NCBI RefSeq assembly: GCF_963676685.1
Contig: NC_092344.1
Coordinates: forward strand, 120,280,001 to 120,344,000
Source: Mytilus edulis
Taxonomy: Eukaryota
DNA: 64,000 nt
Direction: 5' to 3'
Below, one piece after another: positions 12,385 through 24,396 of this stretch. The position numbers and the translations under genes are program-made. Each line of letters begins with the position of its first letter. Position 1 is the first letter of the stretch. The notes under the pieces are model-generated. The model searched no databases and had not been told where the DNA came from. It saw only the letters and a program-made list of their open reading frames with translations.

Positions 12385-13475
12385 CTTTTATAGAAGAATT
12401 AAAATAAATAAATGTATGCTGAATAGATAAAGTTAACAGATAACATTTCTCTTAATCTTTTTTATTTGTGAGTTGATGAAGCGACAACCAAACAGTCACA
12501 TGACATCACAATAGGCAACTTGAAAAAAACAGAATCTGGTATAGTTAATCAAAACAAGTTTTTAATGTATGGTTTATATAAAGGACAATATAAAGTATCG
12601 TTTAAACTCTTCAAATAGGGTGATGTTTTCGAGTGATCAGAGAGAATATACATAGCCGAATTTAACACATTTTAAATGTTACCACCATGAAGGTCGTCCT
12701 TCATTTTCAAGTTTTATCAGTACCCAGTAAACGAGAAAAATAGGAAAATCTAATAATTGTACACCTCTGTCAAATCTTGAATGTAGCATGTATTTGGTAA
12801 AACGACATTTATTTTCTAAGGAACGTAGGTTCATGTTTAAAAAATCATAAATACAAAGAAACAATAACAAAATAAATCTAGATTTATTCGCTCTAACCAA
12901 ACAACCCATATGACAAATATAATTAAAATTTTGAACACAATTGTTTTATCAAGTAGTAATTTAAATTCAGATGTAACGCGTCTTCTGATTGACTGAACGT
13001 GTTTTGTCCATCACCTCATAGACATGATTTTTTTCAAGTGGTGACTGCGACGACATCGTTTTTTTTAAACGATTCACTCCTTAAAAATGAATTTAGAATT
13101 TTATGATAATGATTGACAGTAATACTTGTTTCTGCCTATTCGAAATACCTAAAGGTTTTATAACAATTGTATACCATTTTCTGTTAACGATTCTCTAGGC
13201 TACAAACTTTAAAATTCAAAAATAAAAAAAGCTAAACATCGTACAAATGCTAAAATTATTCAATTTCGTCAAACAAAAATAATGGTTAAATAATATTGTA
13301 GAGCATCGTAGCTATTTCAAAGTTTCTATATTTTTACTGACACATTTAAGACACTCTCTCCACTAAGCATTTCTTTTATAAAAAAAAATAATTATTGTTT
13401 ACACAATTCTAGATGGTTCTAAATTCATTGCATGAAAACGGGTCGACATACATTCTATATCCGATTATATCTTAC

Positions 13476-13827
13476 GTGTTTTATGGTACATCATAAACTG
13501 CTCTGCACAGTTAAACGTCAGTTCGTCCACTGTGAACATTGAATAATGCCACTGACTGAACACGGAGCCTTTCTGCCAGAATAGTACGAAATCTTTGTTT
13601 TCTTTTTCTGTAAATACTGGATCGCTGTATTTAGGTTTAAGAAAGTTTCCCATGTTCCTTTTTCCCCTATTGGGCCGCCGTCTAGATCCTTCGGAATGCT
13701 TTTGAACTTTTGGTTTCTTGTACGGTTTTTCTTTCTTATGATCTTGTTTTACACGCCCATCACCTCCTGGGTGTTTACCTCTTGTATGCTTTCTTTCCCG
13801 TTTATCTGAACTTAGTGCGTCACCCAT
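13476..13827 (-). CDS. NADAR-domain protein 1, coding exon 1 (spliced product 240 aa)
   Basis: ATG at 13827; K/R-rich N-terminus, then FVLFWQKGSVFSQWHYSMFTVDELTFNCAEQFMMYHKT; GTAAG donor at 13475-13471. Confidence 0.9.
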
Positions 13828-14188
13828 TAAAGTTATATGTTGTTCTACCGCACAACAACTTCTTCTGACGGATCAACTAAACTTAAACGTCGTTCATCTT
13901 TGAAAGAATGTGTTTCCTCTGTCATGAAGTAAATCGAAAGTAGACTGATATATGGTCATAGGTAAATGACTAAATCAAATACGTATATATACGTTTAAAT
14001 TCCGTACATTTATGTACACCAATTTAAATCCTTTTTAGCGTAACTGATCTCTTTAATATAATAACATTCGAAACGATAATTGTATGATTACTTTTGCACA
14101 AAAGGATTGATTAATTGAGCGAGTAATGGGTTCTTTTTTATTTTCATGCCGTTTTATTTAAAAGTTTAAGTGAACAAATGCGTGCAAC

Positions 14189-14550
14189 ACAATTAACGGT
14201 ACCAATTTTCTTGCACCAGATGCGTATTTCGACAATACATATCTCTTCAGTGATGCTCGTGGTCAAAATATTTGAAATCCAAATCTTATATAAAAGATGA
14301 AGAGCTATAATCCAAAAGGTCGAAAAAGTAAAGCCAAATCCGTGAAAGGAATCAAAGCTTTGCATGAGGGAGATACATTCCTTAATTTAAAATAATTTCT
14401 ATTATTTTGTAACAGCAAATTTTAATAACACAAAAAATCCGTATTTTCATGCCAGTACCGAAGTACTGGCTACTGGGCTGGTGATACCCTCGGGGACTAA
14501 TAGTCCACCAGCAGAGGCATCGACCCAGTGGTAGTAATACAATTAACGGT
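14189..14550 (-). mobile_element. Non-LTR retrozyme monomer (350-bp period), family B
   Basis: Terminal redundancy acaattaacggt at 14189 and 14539; contains a hammerhead and shares a structured motif with the 36961 retrozyme. Confidence 0.75.
14213..14258 (-). ncRNA. Minimal type I hammerhead ribozyme (one stem III mismatch)
   Basis: Minus strand GCAUCA-CUGAAGA-GAUA UGUAU UGUC-GAAA-UACGCA-UC/UGGUGC: conserved core, stem II, AUC triplet, stem I GCAUCA:UGGUGC. Confidence 0.75.
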
Positions 14551-15116
14551 GTAATTTATGTTATTTGTTTCCGTCATACAATAATAAAGGATTGTTACCA
14601 AAGTTTTAAAATATGTCAACATTCGTAATGTTTAACTGTTTAGTATAGGAAATAAATGATACAAAATGAGTAATAAGGTAAAAAGTTAGACAACTTGAAT
14701 AGCAAATGAATTTAATGTAATTTAAAAATTACATTGGTGAAATGATGTTAGTTAGATTATTTTTTAATTTGATGTCAGAAACTATCATTTTTTTCTTTTT
14801 TTTTAATTTTTTCATTTTCAACCTATCTATCATGATTTAAAGACATATTGAGCATTGTAACTTACCTTAAGAAATATATTGCAAATACTTGATAGTATTG
14901 TGACAGATATTTGAACTACATTTTGGACATTGCTGACGTTACAATTATTAATTAAGACAGACATTGCTAAGCGGCCCAGTGGACACTACGGAGTTTTTCT
15001 GAGCTCTTGCAAAATTTAGATTTTTGAATCATTAGTAACGATAATTTGTCAAATTTCTGAAAGAACAGTATTTAAAACTATTAGTAACCATTATATGGTA
15101 CAATAACTTTGCTCTT

Positions 15117-16403
15117 TTGAGTCTTGGAATGACAAAATCATTGAATTTCGACAGTGCCAACTCAACTGTAAACAAAGAAAAAATGGCGGAAACATATTCA
15201 AAGGTAGTCCAAAATGGTAATAACAACGACATGAGTGTGAAACCAATTTTCTTATTGGAATCAGATATGTTTGGTCCAAAACCCTCTGACAAAGATTTCC
15301 TTTTGCATCACGAACTTTACAAAATAATTGGTCAACTCATACCCTCTTCCCATCTGAGAGCGCTTCAAAGAGTTCGAGGTATGTGGCGAGTCTACACACA
15401 GAGTGAAGACGATCGCAGCAAGCTTCTAATATCAGGAATTGTGGTAAGAGACCGTTTGGTGAATTTTTATTCACAAAACCCTAGATTCCAAGGTAGTGTA
15501 AACCCAGATCACGTTAAAATTCGAGTAAAAGACATTCCATGCTCGGCTGACGATGGTCAGATTACCTATTTCTTAGAGAATGCAGGGTGTAAAATACACA
15601 GATACTTTAGGGAGCGCATACGAGTTGATGGCTTAATAACAAACTGCCTATCAGGAGACCGAATATTTTATTGTGAACCGATGGAACATCCTTTTCCAAG
15701 ACAAGTAACAATAGGAAACTACAGAGCAACAATCTTACATAAAGGTCAGCCAACTAAAAACAGAGACGACATAGTTTGTAAAAAATGCCTCGAAAAGGGC
15801 CACTTCATCAGCAATTGTCCAAATGATTGGACATGTAATATATGTAAAAAATCTGGACACAAACAATCAGAATGTGAAGAGCCCTTTTCAGACAACAACA
15901 ATGAACATAATGAAAACGAATCAACAAACACTGATGATGACAACACAGATTCAGAAACTGATGACAATAACAATGATGAGGCTGCACATGCTCAACAACA
16001 TGAACCTGAAGTTGAACAAATGCAGGACATGCCTAACGAACAATCACAGGAAACGCCTACTCGTGATCTGAAGAAAACTCAAAACAAAAATTCACAAAAG
16101 GTACCTACTCATCAATCTCAACCTTCATTTCAATCAATCACCAATGAAGAGAATGACGAATATACAGGAGATGCAGCAACACCAAGTTCTAAAAAAGCTA
16201 AAAAAAAATCTGGTAAAAAGAAGACAACTTGTCAAAATGATTCGAAAGACGAAAAACAAAGTTCAATGCAACAATTTCTAGTTGAGAAACAAACCAGTGC
16301 AACCACTCCTGGAAATAAAGTCTCAAAAAGGTCTGCAACAACTCCTACAACGGACCTTTTCGATAGAGAGAATCAAACAACCAAACCAAAAACACAAAGT
16401 TAA
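15117..16403 (+). CDS. LINE ORF1p (gag-like, two CCHC zinc knuckles, acidic low-complexity C-terminus); true start probably ATG 15129 or 15183
   Basis: CKKCLEKGHFISNC and CNICKKSGHKQSEC (CX2CX4HX4C); position 5' of ORF2. Confidence 0.9.
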   Translation: MSLGMTKSLNFDSANSTVNKEKMAETYSKVVQNGNNNDMSVKPIFLLESDMFGPKPSDKDFLLHHELYKIIGQLIPSSHLRALQRVRGMWRVYTQSEDDRSKLLISGIVVRDRLVNFYSQNPRFQGSVNPDHVKIRVKDIPCSADDGQITYFLENAGCKIHRYFRERIRVDGLITNCLSGDRIFYCEPMEHPFPRQVTIGNYRATILHKGQPTKNRDDIVCKKCLEKGHFISNCPNDWTCNICKKSGHKQSECEEPFSDNNNEHNENESTNTDDDNTDSETDDNNNDEAAHAQQHEPEVEQMQDMPNEQSQETPTRDLKKTQNKNSQKVPTHQSQPSFQSITNEENDEYTGDAATPSSKKAKKKSGKKKTTCQNDSKDEKQSSMQQFLVEKQTSATTPGNKVSKRSATTPTTDLFDRENQTTKPKTQS

Positions 16404-16418
16404 AAAGGAGAAATAAAC

Positions 16419-17698
16419 ATGTATAAACAATTATGTAGCTAACTCCTTTTTTTTTCTGTTGGTTTATCATCTCTATATACTTTTTTGCTTACAATGATTT
16501 GTTTGTATATATTTTTATTATTATTCTTACATATATGTATGACAAGCATATTCCTAAAGGTAAACAACCACCTTGAAGACAATGCTTTTTATGTAAATTT
16601 TAAAAAAAACAGTAAAAATACCAAAATATGTAGCGATGATTGTGATGGAATATTAGATTTCATACTTTCAAGAAGTAATAGAAAGAAGAGTAAAATAGAA
16701 AAGAACTGTAATGTTGTATGTTATAACATAATGTCAAAGAGTAATAGAAAAAAAAATGTATTGGTTTGTGTTATCAACTGGATCATGCAAATAATACACA
16801 CATAATTAAAGAATGTTCTTTAATAAACAGACCTATACACAATAAATATCTAATAATATTCCATAAATTTGCAATATCGATTCCTTTATGTATGTATTAT
16901 CATACTAGAAAGAACAGTTTTCAAACAAAATATAACTTCCAACAGTTTTACTGGAGTAAGAATCTCAAAATTCCAATCTTATGCAGCTGGGAAAATAAAT
17001 CCATGAATCAACCAGTAATCCAGCAACATTTAACTGCAGATCATAATTACATCTGGAAAAAAACACACTGTACATGTAAATTCGTTCGTATTAACTTTTG
17101 GCTTCAATATATTGCATCACTATACAAATACACGCACAGATATAGATACTGGGAAGGAATTCCTAGTCAAAATCCAGCAATAGTATTGCTCACACACGTA
17201 TGTATTCTTGTAAAAGTCTTCAGCATCACTAAATCCAAGAGTTTTAGTCTTCTTGTGAAACAAGAAAATTTATCCTGTTACCAAATGGTGTCGAATATAT
17301 CCGAAGTACCTACAAAAATAAAAACAAAATTGATACAATCAACTTCAACTAAAACAAAACATAGCAATATAAGTGCATTATTAGAACCAATAGAATTCAA
17401 CAGAACAAAAACAATTAATAGAAATTACATGAGCAAACTATGGCTATTTATAGATGTGGGAAAATCCCTACACAAATTATTTAAAACATGTACACCTTTC
17501 CTGAAATGGTGTCCAATTTTTAAGATAGATAAAATATATATAAAAGATCATGTATTTATTATATGTATAGTTATTATTATCATGTTAAATATACTGTTGT
17601 TCTTAATATATATATATATTTTCTTTACTATGCATGTTATTGTTGTTGTATACATGTATGTTTGTCAAATGTATTTAGTTTTAAAATACTCGCTTTAA
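16419..17698 (+). other. Putative additional hydrophobic ORF inside the LINE between ORF1 and ORF2 (one stop, one frameshift)
   Basis: 310 stop-free codons (16766-17698) in very AT-rich DNA; overlaps ORF 16485-16805 at an A9 run; hydrophobic N- and C-terminal segments. Confidence 0.5.
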
Positions 17699-17719
17699 GC
17701 TACAAAAAATATAAGAATA

Positions 17720-20700
17720 ATGAATAAAACTTTACATATCTGTTCCTTAAATTGTCAAGGACTAGGCCAAAAAGAAAAAAGAAATAGGCTTTATACATGG
17801 TTAAAATATCAAAAAACAGATATACTTTTTATCCAAGAAACTCATTTTGTTAAAGAAATAGAAAATAAAGTAAGTAATGAATATGACGCAGATATTTTTC
17901 ACAGTTTTGGCACAACACAATCAAAAGGAGTAGCTATATTTATTAAAAAAACAATAAACCCAAAGATAATTGATACTTTTACTGATCAAGAAGGTCGCAT
18001 AATTCTTGTAAATGTTGAAATAAACAACAACATATTTTCTTTAATAAATTTATATGCACCTAATGAGAAAAAAAAGCGAAACATCTTCTTTAAAAATGTA
18101 AATAAAATAATTGAAGAACATAGTCTCGGAATTTTAGTAGTAGGGGGAGATATGAATGAAACATTGAGTAGTACAGATAGAAAGAATAATAATAAAAAAA
18201 GAGAACAAAAAATTACAAATAGTTTGAAAACTTTAATAAAAACAAACAAACTAGAAGATATTTGGAGACAATTACATCCGAAACTATATCAATATACATG
18301 GAAACGTAAAAATAAAGACGATGAGGCAAGTAGAATAGATTATTTTCTAACGGGTAAGGAATTGAGAACTATGATAAAGTCTACAGATATAAGACCAGCC
18401 CTAATTTCTAGTACAGACCATCAGGCAATTTCATTGAAAATTAACATGTCCAATGATAATAAGGGTAAAGGGTTCTTTAAAATAAACAACAGCATACTAA
18501 CTGACAAATCTTATAAAGATAAAATAGAAAAAGTTATAGACTATTTTATACTTAAAAGCAATTACACTGAAAATTTATCACAACTATGGGACCTGTTTAA
18601 AATTGAAGTAAGAGAATCAACGATACAGTTTTGCAAAAATAAATCTAGGCAAAGGAAAAATGAAATTCAAAATTTGGAAAAAAAACTTCAAACATTACAG
18701 AAAAGAAAGGATAATAATAAACCAAGTGAAGTAGAAAAGAACGAAATCAATTTATTAGAAAGTGAGATAGAATCTCTTTATAGTTATAAAGCAAAAGGTG
18801 CACAAATACGTTCAAGAATAAAATGGATAGAAGAAGGGGAAAAGAATTCTAAATTTTTTCTAGGATTAGAGAAAAGTAGACAAACAAGAAAAAATATAAT
18901 AAATTTAAAAAACGATAAAGGGGAGATAATTACAAAACAATCAGAAATACTAAATTTAGAAAAGAAATATTATGAAAAGCTTTACACAAGCACTAAACCA
19001 GATAAAAATTTTATAAACACATATATTAAGGATACAAATATTAAACAATCATTAAGTAAAGAAGAAAGCAATTCTCTAAATGGACTTCTATCAACAGAAG
19101 AATGTACAAAATCAATTTTTCAAATGAAATTAAATAAATCCCCAGGCCTAGATGGACTCTCAGTAGAGTTTTATAGAGAATTTTGGGACAAATTAAAGAA
19201 TTATGCAATTCAAAGCTTTAATTATTGCTATAAAAAAGGAATGTTATCTGAATCACAAAAAATAGGCCTAATTTCTCTAATATTTAAAAAAGGAGACCCC
19301 ACTGAATTAGGTAATTACAGACCAATTACACTATTAAATGTTGATGTTAAAATTATTGCATATACATTAGCCCAAAGATTAAAACCTGTGATGTCAAAAA
19401 TTATCCACAGTGACCAAAATGGATACATTAAAAACCGTTATATAGGTTTTAATATACGTCAGATACAAGACATTATAGATCATGCAGAAAAGTTAAAAAT
19501 AGATGGAGCTATACTTTTTCTAGACTTTTCCAAAGCCTTTGATTCCCTAGAGTGGGAATTCATGTATCAATCACTAACAAAATTTGGTATAGAAAATTCT
19601 ATGTTAAGATGGGTCAAAACCTTGTATGCAGATATCAAGGCATGTATTTCTAATAATGGATGGATTTCAAGCCCACTGAATATTTTTAGAGGAATTCGAC
19701 AAGGATGTCCTTTAAGCGCCATTTTATTCGTCTTTGCAGTCGAAATATTAGCCTGTAGAATAAGAAACGACAATAATCTTAAGGGAATAAATATAAAGTT
19801 AGATGGAAAAACGCACAGCCTTATAATAAGCCAGTTAGCTGATGATACTACATTGTTTCTCTGCTCTAAAGATGAAATCTCTCAGTCATTTAATATAATT
19901 GAAGTATTTGGTTCTCTATCAGGACTTATTTTAAATCGAAGTAAAACTGAAGGATTAGGTTTTGGAAAATTAAAACATATTCAAGACAATTTTGAGAATA
20001 TTAACTGGAGCAAAGAGACTGTTAAAAGCCTTGGCATTCACTTTGGATATAATAAATCTCAATGTATGAATTTAAACATAGAAAAACAACTTCAAAAATC
20101 TGAAAAAATTCTTAACTCATGGAAAAAAAGAAAGCTAACAATGATCGGAAAAGTAACTGTCGTGAAATCTCTAGTTATACCAATATAACATATTTAGCTT
20201 CTGTAACTGATATCGACAAAAATTCACTATTTAAGTTTAAAAAAATGATTTATGAATTCATTTGGGACCATAAAAAAGAAAAAAATTAAAAGAAAAACAA
20301 TTAACATGAAAAAAACTGAGGGAGGACTTGGAATGATAGATATTGACAAGTTTATTAATGCAATAAAAATTAAATGGGTAAAAAGATTAATAGAAGGTGA
20401 ACAGTCAAATTGGAAAATTATTCCCACATTATACTTTAATCAATATGGATCAAATTTTTTAATATTTCACATGAATCTGGATAATTTAAAATCAATAAAT
20501 ATAAAAAACAACAAAATCCCTAATTTTTACTTTGAAATACTTAAAACCTGGGTAAAATATGGCGGTGGTCAAACTAATAAACCAGAAAACTTTAGAACCA
20601 TTAGACAACAAATTATATGGGGTAACAAATACATAAAGTTAAATGGGCACAGTTTAGTTTTTAATCATTGGATAAAAGACAACATAATCTATGTAAATGA

Positions 20701-21520
20701 CATAATTGATGACAGAGGAAGAATATCAAAAGAAAAAATACTCAATAAGTTAAAATGTAAAAGAAATTGGATTGCAGAAATAATACAAATAAGAAAGAGC
20801 ATACCAAATCATTGGAAAGATATATTACAAAAACAAAACTCATTAAAAACTATTGTTAATTGTAAAAAACAACTATGTTTAAAACAAGGCGCAATTATAT
20901 ATGATTTACAAAAAATTAATAATAAAGATATTTATGTCATCTTATCTAATGTAAATAAAGATATTCATATAGGGTTTACAAAATGGCGGAAAGAACTAAA
21001 TATAGATAAAATTCAACCAAAAATTAAATACACATTAAATTTTATTTTTAATTATTTAGAAGACAATAAATTAAAAATGGTTCGATGGAAATTATTACAT
21101 TATATACTACCTGTAGGTACACATCTTTTCACATGGAAAATTAAAAACGCCAATCTGTGTTCAGTGTGTGGGATACCAGATACTTATCAACACAATTTCA
21201 TGGAATGTACTTATTTTAAAGTTTTTTGGAATAAAATTTGTATTTTATTAAATAAGCTTCATATTGGTGAGCATATAGTTACTTTAAAACACTTAGTAGT
21301 AGGATATAAAATAGAAGAGGACTCATTAAATGATATTAATTATCTCCTGACAGTCATCCTATTCACTCTACACAAATGCAATTGTATTTCAAATAATAAA
21401 ATAAATCAAGTTAATGTTTATGAAATATTTAAACAAGAATTTAAATACAGATATCATCTGATGGAGTATAGAAATAAAACAATAAGTAAGATGCTTAAAA
21501 ATATTCAAAATTATATGTAA
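17720..21520 (+). CDS. LINE ORF2p: APE endonuclease, reverse transcriptase, C-terminal zinc motif; two compensating 1-nt indels near 20182 and 20280
   Basis: APE motifs SLNCQGL, IQETH, NLYAPN, GGDMN, SRIDYF, TDH; RT motifs KSPGLDG, YRPITLLN, LDFSKAFD, GIRQGCPLS, QLADD; CSVC..H..C. ORFs 17720-20188 and 20252-21520 are in the same frame. Confidence 0.93.
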
Positions 21521-22775
21521 TTGAAATGTATACAATTGTGTGGTGTGATAATCAATAGCTACATGTATGCTAGATTTTATATTGTACATGTATGTTGTAG
21601 TTGTTGGTTTTTCATTTTTTGTATGTAAAAACAAACCAAACAAGACACTTTATTTAATGTAATATATAAAACTAAAATGATTATAATTCAACACTGATTT
21701 GTTAAATTTACACCGAATATCATCAAGTAATATATTGTGTGTATGTTCACTTTGTTGGTATCAAATCACATGTTAAAATCCTTATTCTTTCTATTATATT
21801 TCCAGAAACATCTAATCTTTTTCACTTTAGATACATTTATTTTGTTTCTATGACAAAATCGTTAACGAATAACACTTACCAAACAAGTTTTATCTAATCC
21901 AAAAATTTATTTTCACAACAAACATGTGCTTCCTTTTGCACTAGCTTTCGGACAATGATTTGTAACTAATCCAGCACAAAAGGTCAAAGATGTAAACACG
22001 GGACGATGAACACAAATTCGGAAGGCAAAATGATGTTCCGTAAACACGTGATTTATACTATGAAATTTTATTGTTAAATATGTATATACACTGTATTTAA
22101 AAGAATGTGTATGTGATATATATAATTAACACTTTAATACTTAAGTATACTTTACTGAACTTTTCCCTGGAAATTCAGTAACTAATTACAGGGATACTCG
22201 GGCTAACGCTGTAATCCGAGTAAATTGTTAAAGCAGCAGATATATAATAAAAGATATTTACTTTGAAAAAAAAAAAAAAAAAAAAAAAAACAATTATTAA
22301 TTAAATTTTATTTAAATAAGAAAGATAATTATTTTGTTAATCAATATGTATATTGTGGGATAATGCCAACAGTTCTCTGGTCATTTAAAGATTATTTATT
22401 ACCAAAGTCAAAGTGAAAATATTTGTTTTACCTTATTGTTGTTTGTAACTGTTTTGTATTATTTTGTTTTTATTTATTTTATTAAAAAGTTTGAACTACG
22501 CCCGGCCTGCCTATACAGCGGCAGCAATGCCATACACCATCGAAGGCAATGTTCCCAGCTTGTTTCCCCCAGCATGTAACAACAAAATACCAACTCTCAC
22601 AGAGTCCTTCTTCTGTTGAGAGAAAATGGGTCTGCAAAGAACAACTAACTCTGCAGACCAACATACTACTACATAACATCGACAATACGAAGATCAACAA
22701 CTTCTTGATATAATAATAGTATGACTTAATCTTTGCATTTGATATGTAAACATGAACACTTGGGGACTTTAAAAT

Positions 22776-22900
22776 GGACGAAAGATACCAGAGGGACAGT
22801 CTAATTCATAAATCAAAAATGAACTGACAATGCCATGGCTAAAACTGAAAAGGACAAACAATAGTACACATGACACAACATAGAAAACTAAAGAATAAGC
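22776..22900 (-). mobile_element. Terminal fragment of the Penelope-like element
   Basis: ggacgaaagataccagagggacagtc...catgacacaacatagaaaactaaagaataa matches 9717-9848. Confidence 0.8.
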
Positions 22901-23189
22901 ATGACTAACCTCATTCCATGCATGCATGGACGAAGGCAACTAACGTTAACTAAGGCCAGACTAGCATGGATTAAGTCTGCTTGAATAATTGAATAATTTC
23001 TAATGTCTAACGAAATTGTCGTAACTTATTTTTGAATGTGTACGGAATGACGTTTATCAAATCAATCGATAACATAAGTTTGGAATCAAAACGCATTAAG
23101 TGCATAAAAATCTTACTACATATTAACATTCAAAATCGTGTGTAGTTAATATTCATGAAGTCGTTATAACCTGTTTTAAGTATATCCCT

Positions 23190-23640
23190 CGTGTTCAATT
23201 AAAGCAGAAAGAAATGTATATATATAATGATTTGCAATTGGAAACTTGGTCGACTTTAAAGTTACAGTATCTTCAGTTTGACGAGTCTTTGGTTTTTATT
23301 ACCAAAAGAAATTGACTAAATACCAACTGATTGCAGTGAAAGTGCGCATTAGCTCAACGTCAATGTAATTCATGTCTTCTTAGTATCAAAAATATAATTA
23401 TATTTTTTTTCAAAATAACTATTTTAAGGTTTTTGAATCCAAATTCAATACTCAATTGATGCATGTTACAGGCTAAAGCTATCTACTGATTATTCAAACG
23501 ATACCAATTTTTAGTTGTTTTTCAGTAATTTAATCTTTGTATATTCACTTGCATTTTATTCATAACTTGTCTATAATCAATCAGGATTAAATGGAGTATA
23601 CTTTTAAAATAGTCAAGACTTTCGGCTATTGCTGAAATCC
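23190..23640 (+). repeat. ~450-bp dispersed direct repeat, copy 1 (copy 2 at ~31371-31835)
   Basis: Collinear similarity: aaagcagaaa, cttggtcgacttt, cagtatcttcagttt, ggtttttattaccaaaa, ttaaggtttttgaatc, taacttgtctataatca. Confidence 0.8.
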
Positions 23641-24396
23641 TTGAAATTTGATTTCCTGATTAGTATCGTTTTATCAGGTTTACATATGAGGTAAAAGCAA
23701 AGGTCAATATCTAGAACGTCAGATTTACCTATAACCTTGAGCTCAATTTCAAGGTCATAATCTAAGGACCTCAAATCAAAAGAGCCTAGATCTTAATTAT
23801 ATATGATTAAGTTATATCTTTATATGCGTATATTTAAAAACAAGTGGGGAGGAAACTCTAGTTTAATATAAGCTTCCTTTTTAAACCAAAGTTAATGTGT
23901 TACAACATGTCGTAACTAACAAATTAGTAAAATTTGTTGTCAATATCTTATGTGGTTTTTGAAAGGAAGTGGTAATAATCCAAAATCCAAAATTTACAAT
24001 ATGACCTTGACCTTAAACCTAGACCGTTAAACTTTTTAACCAAGTACCTCAAATCAAAATAATCTAGGTCTCTATCACTTATGGTTTACCAGTTACAAAT
24101 ACATTTTCTTATTATAATTACAGAACGGGAAATAACTCTCATATGGAGTCAAAATTATTCTTAAGATCCGAAGGATATATCGAGCAAATTGGAGAACTAA
24201 TTTTGTCGTAATCTTTTACGGTTGCAAAGAAGATGCACACACATGAAAATCCATGTTACAAAAGTCTTACAATAAAAAGTGTTCTGTTAAACAGAGTTAG
24301 TTAGAAATTTGCAGTAACTGTTTGATATCATATTTACTTTAATTTCATCAGTTTAATACTTCATATATAATAGAGAGTAACAATCTATGATAAAAA

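Larger units (their letters stand above)
14956..22290 (+). mobile_element. Full-length Tx1/L1-clade non-LTR retrotransposon
   Basis: TSD ACAATTATTAATTAA at 14941-14955 and 22290-22304; ORF1 and APE-RT ORF2; AATAAA 22246-22251; poly(A) 22266-22290. Confidence 0.95.

Noticed and set aside
19830-19850. LADD instead of YADD in the LINE RT as an inactivating mutation
   Set aside because: Both catalytic aspartates are intact and the first position varies in Tx1/L1-type RTs; not evidence of decay.
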